Of a stretch of DNA of 64,000 nucleotides, positions 12,608 to 25,233 are shown piece after piece. This DNA comes from Felis catus (Eukaryota). The translations under genes were made by a program, and so were the position numbers. The stretch covers positions 56,794,001 to 56,858,000 of the forward strand of contig NC_058382.1 in assembly GCF_018350175.1 (NCBI RefSeq), read 5' to 3'. The notes beneath the pieces were generated by a model. It was not told where the DNA came from. It did no database searches and was given only the letters and a program-made list of their open reading frames with translations. The stretch's first letter is position 1. Each line of letters begins with the position of its first letter.

Positions 12608-13004
12608 AGGCAAGTTTGTTTTAATATTACCTGGAGTGGCTTCTTATACGGGGCTCATTTCTCCCCTGAAAGATTTTCGTTTTTCTGTTGTTATGATCAG
12701 ATTGCTCATAACATCTCCGAGGGAGATGGTATCTGGTTGAAATACTTGCTCAGAGGGGGACCCCCCCACTAGCTCTTTGAAGCCCTTTCCCCTCCCCCCG
12801 TCCTCCCCCTCAACCCAACAGCAATGCCACTCGCAATAGGATGCATCTGAATTAGGGTTCTGGGCCTGCACCACGTGTGGAAACTCAACAGCAAAGCGAT
12901 TTCCACCAGGAGCAAGCCTGTCCCCTCCACGTTAACAGTAGTATCGGCCACGTAGCCCCAGAATGCATGTCTTCAGGCTTATCTAGAAAACCAACTGAAC
13001 TGTT

Positions 13005-13720
13005 TTTACCTTTTCATTTTTAAATGACTACAGACACCCAGGATGTTGCAAAAAAACAGTGCACAGCAGCCCCTGACCCCTTCCCCCAGCTTCCCCGGTG
13101 GTAACGTCTCCTGCGACTGTAGAATAACACTGAGACCAGGAGGGAGACGTGACACAGGGCTGTTACCCAGACCCGATTCAGCTTCCGCCGACGTATGGGG
13201 CGGGGAGGGGGGGACTGGGGCCCAGGGTGGGGGGTCTCTACATTTGATTGCACGCACAGACTTGGGTAACACCACCCTCAGGACACAGGACCCCTCCACT
13301 ATCCCAAGGGCCAAGATTACCTCTTGGTTGTCCTTAACGTTGTACCTACCTTCCCCCCACACCTGGCCTTGGCCCCAGATCACCACCAGTCTGTTCCCCA
13401 CGTCCATAGTTTTGCTATTTCAAGGACAGTACGTAAGTGGAGTCATACGATACGTAACTCTCTGAGAATGACTTTTGTCACTAAGCACCGTGCCCTTGAG
13501 AGCCATCCAAGGAATGGCACTTACCAATATTTGTTCCTTTTTATTGCCTCAGTCGTACCACCCACTGAGGGACATTTGGCTGCTTCCTCATTTAAAGCAA
13601 TTGCAAATACAGCTGCTATGAACATTCGTGTAGAGGTTTTTGCGTGAACGTTAAGTCCTACATTTTTCTGAGATAAATGCCCAAGCCTGTAATTCTGGGT
13701 CACATGTTAGGTGCATGTTA
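13005..13720 (-). mobile_element. Ancient L1M (L1MC-like) 3' fragment
   Basis: cccagcttccccggtggtaacgtctc...; tgagggacatttggctgcttcc...aaatacagctgctatgaacattcgtgtagaggtttttgcgtga. The minus-strand ORF 13521-13703 has the L1 ORF2 C-terminal-like MFIAAVFAIA...KCPS. Confidence 0.75.
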
Positions 13721-13722
13721 GG

Positions 13723-13937
13723 TTTTTGTTTTTGTTTTTTTTAAAGTTCATTTATTTAGAGAGACAGAGTGTGAGGCAGGGAAGGGGCAGAGAGAGAAGG
13801 ACACCCAGAATCCGAAGCAGGCTCCAGGCTCTGAGCTGTCAGCACAGAGCCCGATGTGGGGCTTGAACTCGTGAACCACGAGATCATGACCTGAGCCGAA
13901 GTTGGACGCTCAACCGACTGAGCCACCCAGGGGCCCC
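13723..13937 (-). mobile_element. SINEC_Fc inserted into the L1M relic
   Basis: agaatccgaagcaggctccaggctctgagctgtcagcacagagcccga...ccgactgagccacccaggggcccc. Confidence 0.93.
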
Positions 13938-14705
13938 GAGTCTTAACTTTTTATTGGCAAAAGCAGCAACACCCTATGCACACACCGCGTTCCATTTTTT
14001 TCAGGAATTTCTACCTCTCCTCTAAAACGGGAAAAATAATGCTCCTTATTTGCTCAGGCTGTGGTGAGAATCAGATGATTCGAGGTGTGTAGGGGGCTTA
14101 GCCCAGCGCCGGGCATGTGGTCATCACTCGGTAAATACAGGCTGCTGGGCTGTTACTTTTCTTTTTCTCCTTTTGCTTTTTTACCTGGCTTTCTTGGTGC
14201 CTGCTTCGGATCGTAGCCTTTGTCAGTGGCAGCAAATGGCAGAGAATCCCTCCCGAAGTTTCCGTGATTCAAGACGGCTCACAGAAGCCTTCCGGAGGTT
14301 GGTTTCCCCCTTTGCCCTGCCTAGGGTTCCCTCCAGCTGGAGTGAGATACAGGGTATCTCAGCTTCTTGGTTTATTTACACGAGTGGCAACTTGGAGCTT
14401 ATCACCAGCACCCCAGATTTCCTGCCGCCTTTGTAGGTGATCCAAGTGGATCCCCACCTGACCTTATTATCCCTTGTCCAGTGCACAGCCACTCGCTCGC
14501 CGCTCCCCCAATGTATCCCCAACCCCTCCGCTAAGTGCGAGCCTCACAGAAAGATGTCGCTCCATTCCTGAAGACTGTTTGCTAAACCTCCATATGGCCT
14601 GCCATGTCATTTTCACACCTTTCACCTAAGGAGGGGACTTTAACCAGGGTAACTGGGGGCAGAATCTGACCCATCACCCCACACACCCCCCACCCCACCC
14701 CCATC

Positions 14706-14706
14706 A

Positions 14707-14749
<43 letters not shown>
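14706..14749. repeat. (CA)n microsatellite
   Basis: About 20 CA units. Confidence 0.95.
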
Positions 14750-14750
<1 letters not shown>

Positions 14751-15190
14751 CAGTTGGGTGAGCTCCAACTGTGTCCTTGACTTTTACCATCTAGGAACCG
14801 AAGATTCTGTAATCTCTTTATCTCAGCTCTGCCTTCGTATGTGCCCCCCGGAATGGCCCCTCTTCTCCCAATTTCATTAACTTAACACATTTTATTTGCC
14901 CTAAGTAAACCCAAGGTTGTTTGTGCCGTCCGACACAACAGATTTTCCTTCTGATCAATAATGCCCGGCAGTTAACCTCCTCATTCATTTTGATGGCTCT
15001 GTATCGCGTTCTGTCCCACAGGAAGCCCGCAGTTGGACCAGTCTCCTATCACGGCACATTTTGGCGGTCTCTGGTTTTCCCTTTGATACACATCACAGTG
15101 AGAAAGATGCTTGAATGTGCACATGTATGGCTTTTGTAGGGTAAACTCTCCCAAGTGAAATGCCTGGTCCAAAAGATAGGAGCATTTTTA

Positions 15191-15407
15191 TTATTTTTTA
15201 AATTTTTTTAATTTATTTTTGAGGCAGAGAGAGACAGAAGCATGAGCAGGGGAGGGGCAGAGAGAGAGGGAGACCCAGAAGCCGAAGCAGGCTCCAGGCT
15301 CCGAGCTGTCAGCACAGAGCCCGACGCGGGGCTCGAGCTCACCGACTGTGAGACCATGACCTGAGCCAAAGTCGGACGCCTAACTGACTGAGCCATCCAG
15401 GCACCCC
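15191..15407 (-). mobile_element. SINEC_Fc with target-site duplication
   Basis: Full-length body; TSD agata(g/t)gagcattttta at 15174-15190 and 15409-15425. Confidence 0.95.
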
Positions 15408-18267
15408 TAGATATGAGCATTTTTAAACTACAGATTATAGTCCTTTCTCGAATATGGTCAAAGTGCTTTCAGATTCTTTCACCTTTTCATCCCATGAGCC
15501 ACGCTGCCTGGCTCCTACCTGACAGCGGAGAAAGGTCTTCCCGGGCTCCAACAGACACAGAGGACGAGGCTCGTGGTCCAGGAAGCACCCGGGCACAGAG
15601 CAGGGGTAGGATTCTGGACCCGTGAAAGCGCTCGCATACATAGCAGGGCCTCAGGGAAGTGGGACCCCAGGGCCACGCCGTGTGGATGGGCACGAATCCG
15701 CTCCACGCCCTATGAACCTACAGCACAGCTTCTAAGAGGAGCCGGGGAAGGTCAAGATGTGGAAGGAGCCACCAGGAGCAATGCAAAGAAGGCCTGATAG
15801 CCTCAGAGCGCGTTGCTCATACTCCAGGGGCTGAATATCGTGCAGGAAGAGCCGGATATTCTGGGCTCTTCTCTGTTTGGACCCCCACCTGCAAGATGCC
15901 CACCCTTGAACCTAACCCCCTCCCCAAGCTACCCTGGATCCCACGTGCATCAAAGTACCCCAACCCCAACTGTGGCTTTCTCTGGAAAGCTCTGCCGGGA
16001 AATCCCCCGCGCGCGATGGACCGTCACGTCTGCTTGCCCCATCCTGTTCACTGGAGCACCTACGCAGGCCGCCCAGGTGCAGAGACCTCACCAGCTGCTG
16101 CGCTGCAGGTGCCCAGTGGGGAGTGATGCAGCGGGAGCATGTGTGTCTGGGAAAGGTCGGCAAAAGCAGGAGGAGACAGCCCTGTGTCCTATAGATTCAG
16201 CACAGCAAGACTGTGGACAACCAGGATAATAAACAAAGGAGTCAAAAGGACCCTCCCCGCACCGCATGCAAGGAAAAGAGAGGGGAATTTTTAGTTGAAA
16301 ATCTTTTGGCCCATTACTTTGAAAGGTGATGGCGTGTCCTTTCCTGCCATTCTGTCGCCGCGTAACCTGGGGCTGCCGTTGTTGTCCTGGTTGCCTCAGA
16401 GGAGGCTCAATCTCGTGCCAGTGGGGGACACTGAGCCCGAGGGTCTCCTCACGTGCTAGCACCGCTTCCCCCGGGGACACGGGACCATCCGTGTGAGGAA
16501 TGGCGCACAGACAACCCTGGGTGTGCAGCCTTTCTCTCCGCTTCCTGGCCAAGCGATTGTCCCGTGCCTCAGTTTCCTCACCTGTAAGTTGCAGCTCACA
16601 GTAGAACCTACCTCACCAGGGGAGCAATCAGCCCAGGACGTGACGTGGAGGCAGCGGGCACACGTTAGCTCTTGTCGTTACCGCCCCACTAACAAATCAT
16701 TTTGCTGCAGAGTGTAGATTCCTTCCGGAATCAGGCCTGTTTGAGTTTGCTCCGTTCAGCCAGATCCCCCTCCTACGGCCTGTTCCCCAAATCTGCAGCC
16801 ATGAAACCCCCTCTGGTGGCCTCCGGTGGCCTGCTTGTTATATCAGAAGAAGGCAGTCTCCATATGTCACCTACACCTGCTAATGAGCTCTGGAACTCGC
16901 CGGCCTCGTCTTCCTTTCTTTTCTCCCGGGAGGTCCTGGAGGTCTGCCCCGCGCCGCTGTGACTCCAGACCTCCTCTCTTTCTTGGGGCTTACTGTCCTC
17001 TGACCTCCCACCCACACCCCGAGTGGAGAAAGGGGAAGGTTGCCCACCAGTTGCAGAAGGAAGCTCATCTTTTTGTTTTGTTTGCGAAGCTTTCTTAGAT
17101 GTGGGCCCACTTTGAAAACACTCCTTTCCTGTAACACTGTGTGTGCACGTGCACGTGTGTGCTGGTGGGTGTGTTACATCAAGTTCCTTACGAGCTTCCT
17201 TGAAACCTGATGGTCAAAGGACTGCGTTCCGTTCAGAAGTCGCTGTAATTGACAGAGGAGAGAAAGTTCTGGGTGTTGCCATGTTCAGAGATCTCTGGAA
17301 TGTGTACCCCCCAGAATGGCCCCCTTTCGTCCTCAGCACTGGTAGCGTCTGTGACGTGGGACGAAAAGCGCTGTCCAGAGCGGCGGCGTTAGCGAGGTGC
17401 TGTTTCTGGCGTACGTCCGAGGGGAGCCCTGCAGCCAACTAGGAAGAGATTCTGTTCAGGTGGCCCCTCGGCCATCGGCCCCACCAACGGGGCCCAGAAA
17501 GGTAGCCACCACCATTTCTGTTACAGTCCCCATTACAGTTCCCTGGCCGAGGGCAGGCCTGTCCTCTGAGATGCATTATAGATGCAATAAGGTCAAACTT
17601 CACATCAGGCGACCGGAACCTAGGGGCCACACATTTCGGTTGGTTCCCTGATTCACAGCCTCTCCTGAAATAGTTCCTCGATGAGTCCTCTGGATGCAGG
17701 ACTGTGGGAAGGCAACAAACACATCAGCTAATGGGACCCAGGCCCACACCTCGGGAGGACCTGTATGGGGTGAGTGGGACACACGTGACTCCTCTCCCAG
17801 ACCTTTGGCTTACCCCAGTCTGCTCTAGTCCTTGGAGTCACGTGGATTTTCCCTCCAAGGTACCTGCAGGCCTGCCCTCCCAGGATCGTGAGAGCCTCCC
17901 ATAGGACTCAGGGAGACTTTTCAGGGTTGTTTTCATTCTCCAACTTTGCCCAATGCACTGATTTTAGCCATGTTGCAAAAAGACTGGACTGCAACGCCAG
18001 GGCCCGGGACCCGCCAGCGTCCTTCCTGGGTGGTGGCCGTGGTCACTGTCACCCTCCTCCCTGGGCTGAGTCTCTGAGCCCTGCTTCTCCACCTGCTTTG
18101 CTTTGCTTTGCTTTGCTTGAAGTGATCAGACTGTAGGTTTTAACCGCTGGGTTTCTACTGATATGGAAATTTCCGCCCTCTGTTTCTGCTGGCGCAGGCC
18201 CCAGGGATGCTCAAACTGCACACAGCCCCTGATTTGCCCAAATTTTCTTATTTTAAAAACACCAACT

Positions 18268-18497
18268 GGGGCGCCTGGGTGGCTCAGTCGGTTAAGCGTC
18301 CGACTTCAGCTCAGGTCATGATCTCGTGGTCTGTGAGTTCCAGCCCCGCGTCGGGCTCTGGGCTGACGGCTCAGAGCCTGGAGCCTATTTCGGATTCTGT
18401 GTCTCCCTCTCTCTCTGGCCCTCCCCCGTTCATGCTCTGTCTCTCTCTGTCTCAAAAATAAATAAACATTTTTTTAAAAATTTAAAAAAATAAAAAA
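18268..18497 (+). mobile_element. SINEC_Fc
   Basis: ggggcgcctgggtggctcagtcggttaagcgtccgacttcagctcaggtcatgatctc..., A-rich tail, degenerate TSD taaaaac..aact. Confidence 0.95.
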
Positions 18498-18524
18498 TAA
18501 AAACGCAAACTGAGACCTGAGCCA

Positions 18525-18810
18525 CCCCCCTTCCGCTCTCCCTCGGCCCCACCTCTGTCTTCATTTTCTGTCTTCTCTAGCTCTCCTTTGCCTTCTTCCC
18601 CTCTCCTGTCTGCTCCCGTCTCTCTCACCTTTTCTTCTGTGTGTCTCTGTCTTCCTGAGCCTCCTTTTCCTGGCTGTCCCTCCCTCTCCCTCCCCCTCCC
18701 TCTGCCTCCCCCTCTCTCTATTTCTGTGCGTCTCTCTCTCCCCATCTCCCCTCTCTCCCCCTTAGCTTTTCTCTCCCCCTGGCTCTCTCCGTGTTCCTCA
18801 ACCATCCCCA
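18525..18810. repeat. Low-complexity polypyrimidine (CT-rich) tract
   Basis: Almost entirely C/T on the + strand. Confidence 0.85.
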
Positions 18811-19544
18811 CTGTCCCAACCTGCCACTAAGCAGGAAAAAGTCAAGCTGAAAGCTTCACCTTTTTACTTAAGATTCCCAAACTCTGTGACAGCTCCTGTT
18901 TTCCATATTCAAATCTCAGCCCCTTTCCCCCTCCTCACTCCCCCCCCCCACCGCCGTCCATACCCCCAGCAGGTGTAGCAGCCCAGGTACAGGAGCCACG
19001 CAGGGGAAGGGCCTCTCGGGACTGTGGCCTGGGTCCCCTGAAAAGCCTCCTTGGCCCCTGTTCAACAGACCCAGGAAGGATTCTTGAACAGGATGTTTTC
19101 TCCTGTAATTATATCTCAACATGGACACCTTACGTCGTTCCTTGATTGCAAGTAAATGTACAAGGCTTATTTTTGTGTTCCGTAGCCTCACAGAGACTGT
19201 CCATATCTCAGTCTTTAGCAGCATGGGCGGAGGCGAGGAAATGCAGGCTTCCCTCGGGAAGGAATGACAGGGGCAAAGATGAGGCTACTCTTTCTTTGCT
19301 GTGCTTCTTAACTGAAGGTTCTAGAATGTGTTTACAGACTGGAGAGCAGGGAAGGGGGTTCACACTGAAGGGAGGGAGCCGGCCGGCCCCTCCAGCCAGG
19401 GCACAGAGGTCACAGGGAGAGGGTGATGAGGTCAGGCTGCTGAGTGCATGGCCCCCTGCCCACCTCCCTGGTCTCCCTCCACTTTGGGTCACCACCTAGG
19501 ACAGCATAGGACAGCGTGGAGGGCGGGCGTAGGCGGAAGGGCTT

Positions 19545-19695
19545 GGGAGCACACTTCTCAAACTGACTTAGTGCCCTGTCACCTGGGATCTGGTTCCAAA
19601 GCTCTAGGGTGGGACCCTGAGTCTGCATGCTCATCCAGCTCCCAGGTGCTGCCCATGCCTCCAGCCCAAGGCCCACGCTTCCAGGCGGCAGGGTT
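19545..19695. mobile_element. MER5-like hAT-Charlie DNA transposon fossil
   Basis: cttctcaaact...tcacctgggatct...tagggtgggaccctgagtctgcatgct...agctcccaggtg. Confidence 0.6.
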
Positions 19696-20171
19696 TGGAG
19701 AACCCGGAGGAGCCACAGGCCACAGGGAGCAATCCTTCATTTTCCCCAAGCCGGAGTCTGAACACAGCTCCAACTGGACCAAGTGGACCACCCTCCCTGC
19801 AGGTGACAGGGCCGCCTCTTGTCCCAGCCCGTCCTTCCTTGCAGCCCCGCCACCGACCTGAGTCCGTGTCCACTTGCCATACACGGGCATGGGGCGTGTT
19901 TATTAAAAAGTGAGAGGCGGGCAAGTGTCGGGAAGAGTGGAAAGCAAGAACTACCTTTCTTCTTTTAGAAGAGGGATTATCAGTTGCTAATTCAAAAATT
20001 GTAGAGTAATGAAAGCTACGTCAATAATTTTCATAATAATTATAGTCTTCCATTTTACCCTTGAATGTTTGCCTGGCAACGTCTGATTCAGTTACTCCAG
20101 AAAATATTACTGTGCTATTTCAGTGTTTTCCTCGGAGACTTCAGTCTAGAGCCAGCTTGATGATCAATCTT

Positions 20172-20389
20172 TTTTTTTTTTTTAAACATTTATTTATTAT
20201 TGAGAGACAGGGAGAGACAGAGCATGAACGGGGGAGGGGCAGAGAGAGAGGGAGACATAGAATCTGAAACAGGCTCCAGGCTCTGAGCTGTCGGCACAGA
20301 GCCCGACGCGGGGCTCGAACCCACGGACCGTGAGATCGTGACCTGAGCCGAAGTCGGACACTTAAGCAGCCGAGCCACCCAGGCTCCCC
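20172..20389 (-). mobile_element. SINEC_Fc with TSD
   Basis: TSD agcttgatgatc(a/g)atctt at 20154-20171 and 20390-20407. Confidence 0.95.
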
Positions 20390-20480
20390 AGCTTGATGAT
20401 CGATCTTATCCTGGGGGATCTGTGGGCTGCCAATTCCAGGCAGATGTTTGTAGGGAGGCCCTGGCCTGGTTGGGCTAGAT

Positions 20481-20516
20481 CAGTGATTCTCAGCCAGGGA
20501 GGAATTTTCTGTGTGT

Positions 20517-20592
<76 letters not shown>

Positions 20593-20775
20593 TGCCCCCC
20601 TGGGACTTCTGGCTGTGTCTGAAGACATTTTTGATGTTTGCACCCTGGGCATTGCAGGCATCGAGTGGGTAGAGGCCAGAGAAACTGCTGAACACCTTAA
20701 CCACACACAGGGCAGTCCCACCCAACCAAATCATGATCCAACCCATAAGTCAATAGTGCTGAGGTTGAGAAACCG
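20481..20775 (+). mobile_element. MER20 hAT-Charlie element split by a compound (GT)(CT)(CA) microsatellite
   Basis: cagtgattctcagcc...tgtctgaagacatttttgatgtt...ggcatcgagtgggtagaggccag...gtcaatagtgctgaggttgagaaacc; microsatellite at ~20510-20590. Confidence 0.85.
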
Positions 20776-21039
20776 TATGGTAGTTTGCAAACACAATTAG
20801 GAACTAAAAAGTGTTGGTCAGGACACTGCTGATTATAAGCGACACCGACTCTAAGTAGTTTATGTAACGAGGGAACTTCATATCGACGGAAGTGATGCTT
20901 AGCAGGACTAGGCTACTGTAACCAAAAAAACTCCGAAAGAGGCAAGTTAAGTTCTTTGGTCACGTTCCTTACAGTGATGTGCACTGTAGCAAACCTCATT
21001 TCTTTGTTCATGTTGTCTGTGTTCGTTATAACAAGGTGC

Positions 21040-21230
21040 ATACAGTGCTTCTATGTCAGGCATGTGTCTAGACATTCATAAATATTCTCACTTAATCATC
21101 ATAGGAATCCCATGAGGGTAGATACCCTTATTTTCGTTTTGCAGATGAGAAAATCAAGACCCACAAAAGTTGTTTCTCGGCCAAAGCCACAGATGATAGA
21201 GCTTCATGGGGCATTAAACATAAGCAACTT
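21040..21230 (-). mobile_element. MIR SINE
   Basis: cttaatcatcataggaatcccatgagggtagatacccttattttcgttttgcagatgagaaaatcaag. Confidence 0.65.
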
Positions 21231-22119
21231 TCCTCGTTTGTCTTTATCAATGTGAGAGAATGCCATGGGGGCACCCTTATCCCCGCACGGACTCCTGTTG
21301 TCTCCCCACTGGTAACAGAGCCCAGAAAGGACAGAGAATGAGTTTCCTCATCCTCCCTCTCTCGTCGGGCCTGATTCCCAAGGGAATGATTCCCATCCGT
21401 CTCTTCTCCCCGTGGGACTCAGCTGATGTCCTCAGAGACTCCATGAGCCACCTCTGGAAAGAAATGTGTGGATGTCCCGATGGGGATTACAGTTGGGCCC
21501 ATGGGGTCTATTTGAAGCACGAGTCAATGGTGCAGACACAGATGAAGGCCTGCCGAGCAGTTTCTTCTGACTAAGACATTTGGGATTTAAATATAAATTA
21601 GAAGCTGTAAGTCAATTCCATGTATGAATTTGTACAAATCCCTTGTAATGAAAGTAGAAGGTTTCCCTTGTCCTTATTTGTACTGGGGTGTTAGCATCAG
21701 GAGCCTAACCAAGTGTGTCGATTTTCCCACAGCTCGGGAGATTAAAGATGTACTTTTCTTGGTTAGAACCGGCTGCGTGCACGGAGGAGGGCTGGCTCTC
21801 CATGAACTCTGGGGGGGGTCTGTCTCGTTTCCGCATTAACCTGAGCAGTACCCCGTGCAAGCTGGGAAGGGGGAGGCCGCTCTCAGTGCGTTGGCCAAAG
21901 GTTTTGAACGAGATGAGGCTCTCCTACATCTTTCTCCCTCCCCAACCCTCGTGCCATTCAAAGAGGGAAGGCCGAGTCTCAAGTATTGCCTTCCCTCCCG
22001 TGGGACCCGGGGGCCTTGGGTCCGGGAAGCCAGGAGGCGGTACGCAGCCCCGTGTGTTTGAAAGGCGTTGGGCAGGTGCTGAATGCTTGCGGATGAACGA
22101 CTTCAATCCACGCCACCTT

Positions 22120-22550
22120 CACCATGGAGTGGCTGCACGTCCCAGGACGTCCACTGCTGTGTCTACGCAGAAGAAAGAAAACATGAATCCACGCCAGAGC
22201 CTGTCCATGAGCTTTCATAGCCGCATCGTTCACAATAGCCCCAAAGTGGAAATAACCCGCCTGTCGGTCAATGGATGAAGGGATGTACAAAATGGGGTCC
22301 ATCCATCCACAGCAGTCATCCGTAAAAGGAACAGAGTACTGGTACCTGCAGGAACGCGCATGGGCCTGGAAAACACTGCACTCAGTGAAACAAGTCAGAC
22401 ACACATGTTGTGTGATTCCGTTTGTATGAAGTGTAATAGAAACTCCATGCAGACAGAAAGCACGGTCACGGCTGTTCGGGGCTAGCCGGTGGGAGGAATG
22501 GGGTAGCTGCCAACGGGTACCCGATTTCTGTTCGAGGCGATGAAAACCAG
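22120..22550 (+). mobile_element. Ancient L1M (L1MB-like) ORF2 end / 3' UTR fragment
   Basis: ttcatagccgcatcgttcacaatagccccaaagtggaaataaccc...tcaatggatgaa...ctcagtgaaacaagtcagacac...tgattccgtttgtatgaagtgt. Confidence 0.8.
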
Positions 22551-22774
22551 GACCTCCAGGAGCTGGCCCTGTGATTTCACTGGCTAATGATTTCCACTGC
22601 TCTGCTTAGCACCCCCTGTGACCCCCTGAGCATAGAACTGAGAGTTCTCAAGTTTCCCCACCAAGTGTGGCTCCCCCAAAGGAGTCTTCGCCGGTGAGGA
22701 TCCGACATGCCCTAGACGGGATCACAAAGCTCTTTCTAAGGCCTGAGCCCAACACCAGGAGGGGACCTTAGAGT

Positions 22775-22955
22775 CTCTCAAGCGGTTGTGTTCCTCTCTC
22801 CCTGCTCTTCAGAATCATCTGGGGAAGTTTTGAGGAATACACACGTCTTGGCCGCACCCAAGAAAAACCTGTGCATGTGGGACCCCAGATCATCAACAGG
22901 TTTCCAAGGTCTGCAAGTGATTCTGATGTGCAGTCAGCGTTGAGAACCCACGGCT
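22775..22955. mobile_element. MER5-like hAT-Charlie fossil
   Basis: tcagaatcatctggggaagtttt...aagtgattctgatgtgcagtcagcgttgagaaccc. Confidence 0.65.
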
Positions 22956-22968
22956 TGGGGTGGGGAGG

Positions 22969-23197
22969 GGGGACGCCTGGGTGGCTCAGTCGGTTGAGCG
23001 TCCGACTTCGGCTCAGGTCATGATCTCACGGTCTGTGAGTTCGAGCCCCGCGTCGGGCTCTGTGCTGACAGCTCAGAGCCTGGAGCCTGCTTTGAATTCT
23101 GTCTCCCTCTCTCTCTGCCCCTCCCCCACTCATACTCCGTCTCTCTCTCCTTCAAAAACAAATAAACATTAGAAAAAATTAAAAAAAAAAAAAAAAA
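22969..23197 (+). mobile_element. SINEC_Fc with perfect 16-bp TSD
   Basis: TSD agaacccacggcttgg at 22943-22958 and 23198-23213; long A tail. Confidence 0.95.
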
Positions 23198-23211
23198 AGA
23201 ACCCACGGCTT

Positions 23212-23374
23212 GGAGCGCCTGCCCGACTCAGTCGGCTCAACGTCCAACTCTTCATTTCTGCTCAGGTAGTGATCTCATGGTTCATGGGATCGAGCCCCAC
23301 ATCGGGCTCCACACTGACAGTGTGGAGCCTGCTTGAGATTCTCTCTTTCTCTCTCTGCCCCTCACCCACCCACA

Positions 23375-23411
<37 letters not shown>

Positions 23412-23450
23412 TCAAAATAAGTAAACAAACATTTTTTTTAACTTTAAAAA
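23212..23450 (+). mobile_element. Can-SINE (older SINEC type) abutting the previous SINE
   Basis: ggagcgcctgcccgactcagtcgg...gatctcatggttcatgggatcgagccccacatcgggctcc...(CT)n aaaataagtaaac. Confidence 0.9.
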
Positions 23451-24984
23451 AGAGAGAAACAACCTACCACACTAGTCTGACACCTACGTCTCAGATAAGC
23501 AAGCAGGGACTCAGAGAAGTTACAGGATTGATGAGTTCGAGGTAAATCTCAACTTGCCCCACATCCCTGAAATTCCCACAGCTATAAATCTGCAGGATTG
23601 CACAAGCCAAGCTCCAAACTCTGGAACGGACCACGCTCTCGCTCCTCAAAAAGTCATTCTTCATCCAGATTTAAATGTTTGTGGTCAGACGCATATCTCT
23701 ACAGAAAATCTCTTTGCTTCTCAACATGAAGCTATTTCCAATTCTCCGATCAGATGTACAGATGCATTTTGCTTTCTCTTACATTTTTTACAGGGAGCAG
23801 TTCAAGTGAGGGAGACGTACTATAATCAGGTGGAATATTGTCTGCACTGGGCGTTCAGAGACTGAGGGATGCAGGCAAATTTGCTCCTTGGGTTTTATGT
23901 TTCTCTCTTTATCTAATGTAGTGTTTATTTCAGCGGTTCCCTAAGGCAGGGATTTTCAGACTTCGGTTTTATCAGCAAATTTTTTTTTTTCTTTTGAGGC
24001 ACAATCTTGGGCAGGAACTCTCATACACCCAACAGACAAACCATAATTAACAGATTCCTTAACTCTCTATTGTTTGAGGGGAAACACCTGAAACGTTGCC
24101 GGGACTCCCACACCGTCTCTCAAACAGTCTTGGTTCCCAGGAACACGGTTTGACAACCACTGCTCAAGTGCATTGTGTTCGTGTCAGTCTTCGGTGGCGA
24201 TGTGTTTTCCTTTTGTTTCCTGGAGGAAAAGGCATGTTTTGTTATTTGGGCTTCTTCTGTGTGTGTACTTGGCAGATTAGAGGAGGCAAGGACATGAGGG
24301 GAAGAATACAGTCTTTAGCAGGTGCGCTGCTGGGCCCCCCGAGAGCCCGGCCTGGCCGGCCATCGTCCTCGGAGATCATTTCCTCAGCACCTCCTCAGAG
24401 GAAATGAACCCACACAGGGGAGTGAGCACCGAGAGCACGCAGTGAATATGGTTTCCGTCTCTTGCCCGTTGGCCCATCCCCCTGCACCTGTACATCCAGA
24501 AAGCTGGGAGACACTTGGTCTCTCCTCTTGGTGGAAGGGGAACCACGGTTGGCAGCCCTCCGGGTGCAAAGCTCTCCTGCCAGCCCAGGGCTTCTCTGGG
24601 TGGGTCGCACCAACTAGGGGGCTGTGTATACGCCCCCCCCTCCCCCGCCCCAGATCAAGAGCCACATGGCCTGGGAGGCCACTGAATCTTAGAGAGTGCT
24701 CTTTGCTCAAGAGCAGGCTTCTTTGGTGTTAAAGTGTTGTTCTTTACTACCGTTGAGCTATTCGCCTTTGTTCACCTGCTTGAAACACGTAGCTCAGGAA
24801 GCTCTGGTAACACACGGAGCAGTTTACCAGGCCCCTTTATGACCGTCCTTCACCAGGCCTGGTTGGCTCTCTCTCTTTCCTCAACAGAGATAACATGCAA
24901 ATGCTTTTATCAAAGTATCCGGCACCAAAGAAAACCAGTAATTATCAGAAGAAATTAATGTTCGCCGGATCAAGAAAGGACTTT

Positions 24985-25233
24985 GATTATGTTTTCCGAA
25001 AAAGAGCCTTTATCTTTTAGAGACACACAATGAAATATTTACAGATACAACGATATATCTGGGATTCGCTCCAGATAATACAGGAATGGGGAGACGTGGG
25101 TGCCTAAAGGAAGCACAGTGGGACACAAGGTGACAGTCTGTGAAGCCTGATGATGTGCACACGGGGCTCTTTATTCGGGCTGCTTTTATAAATGTTTGAA
25201 ATTCTCCATAGCAAGGTGAAAAAAAAAAAAAAA
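24985..25233 (+). mobile_element. Ancient L1M 3' terminus with poly(A)
   Basis: ttatcttttagagacacacaatgaaatatttacagat...aatgtttgaaattctccata followed by an A run. Confidence 0.65.
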
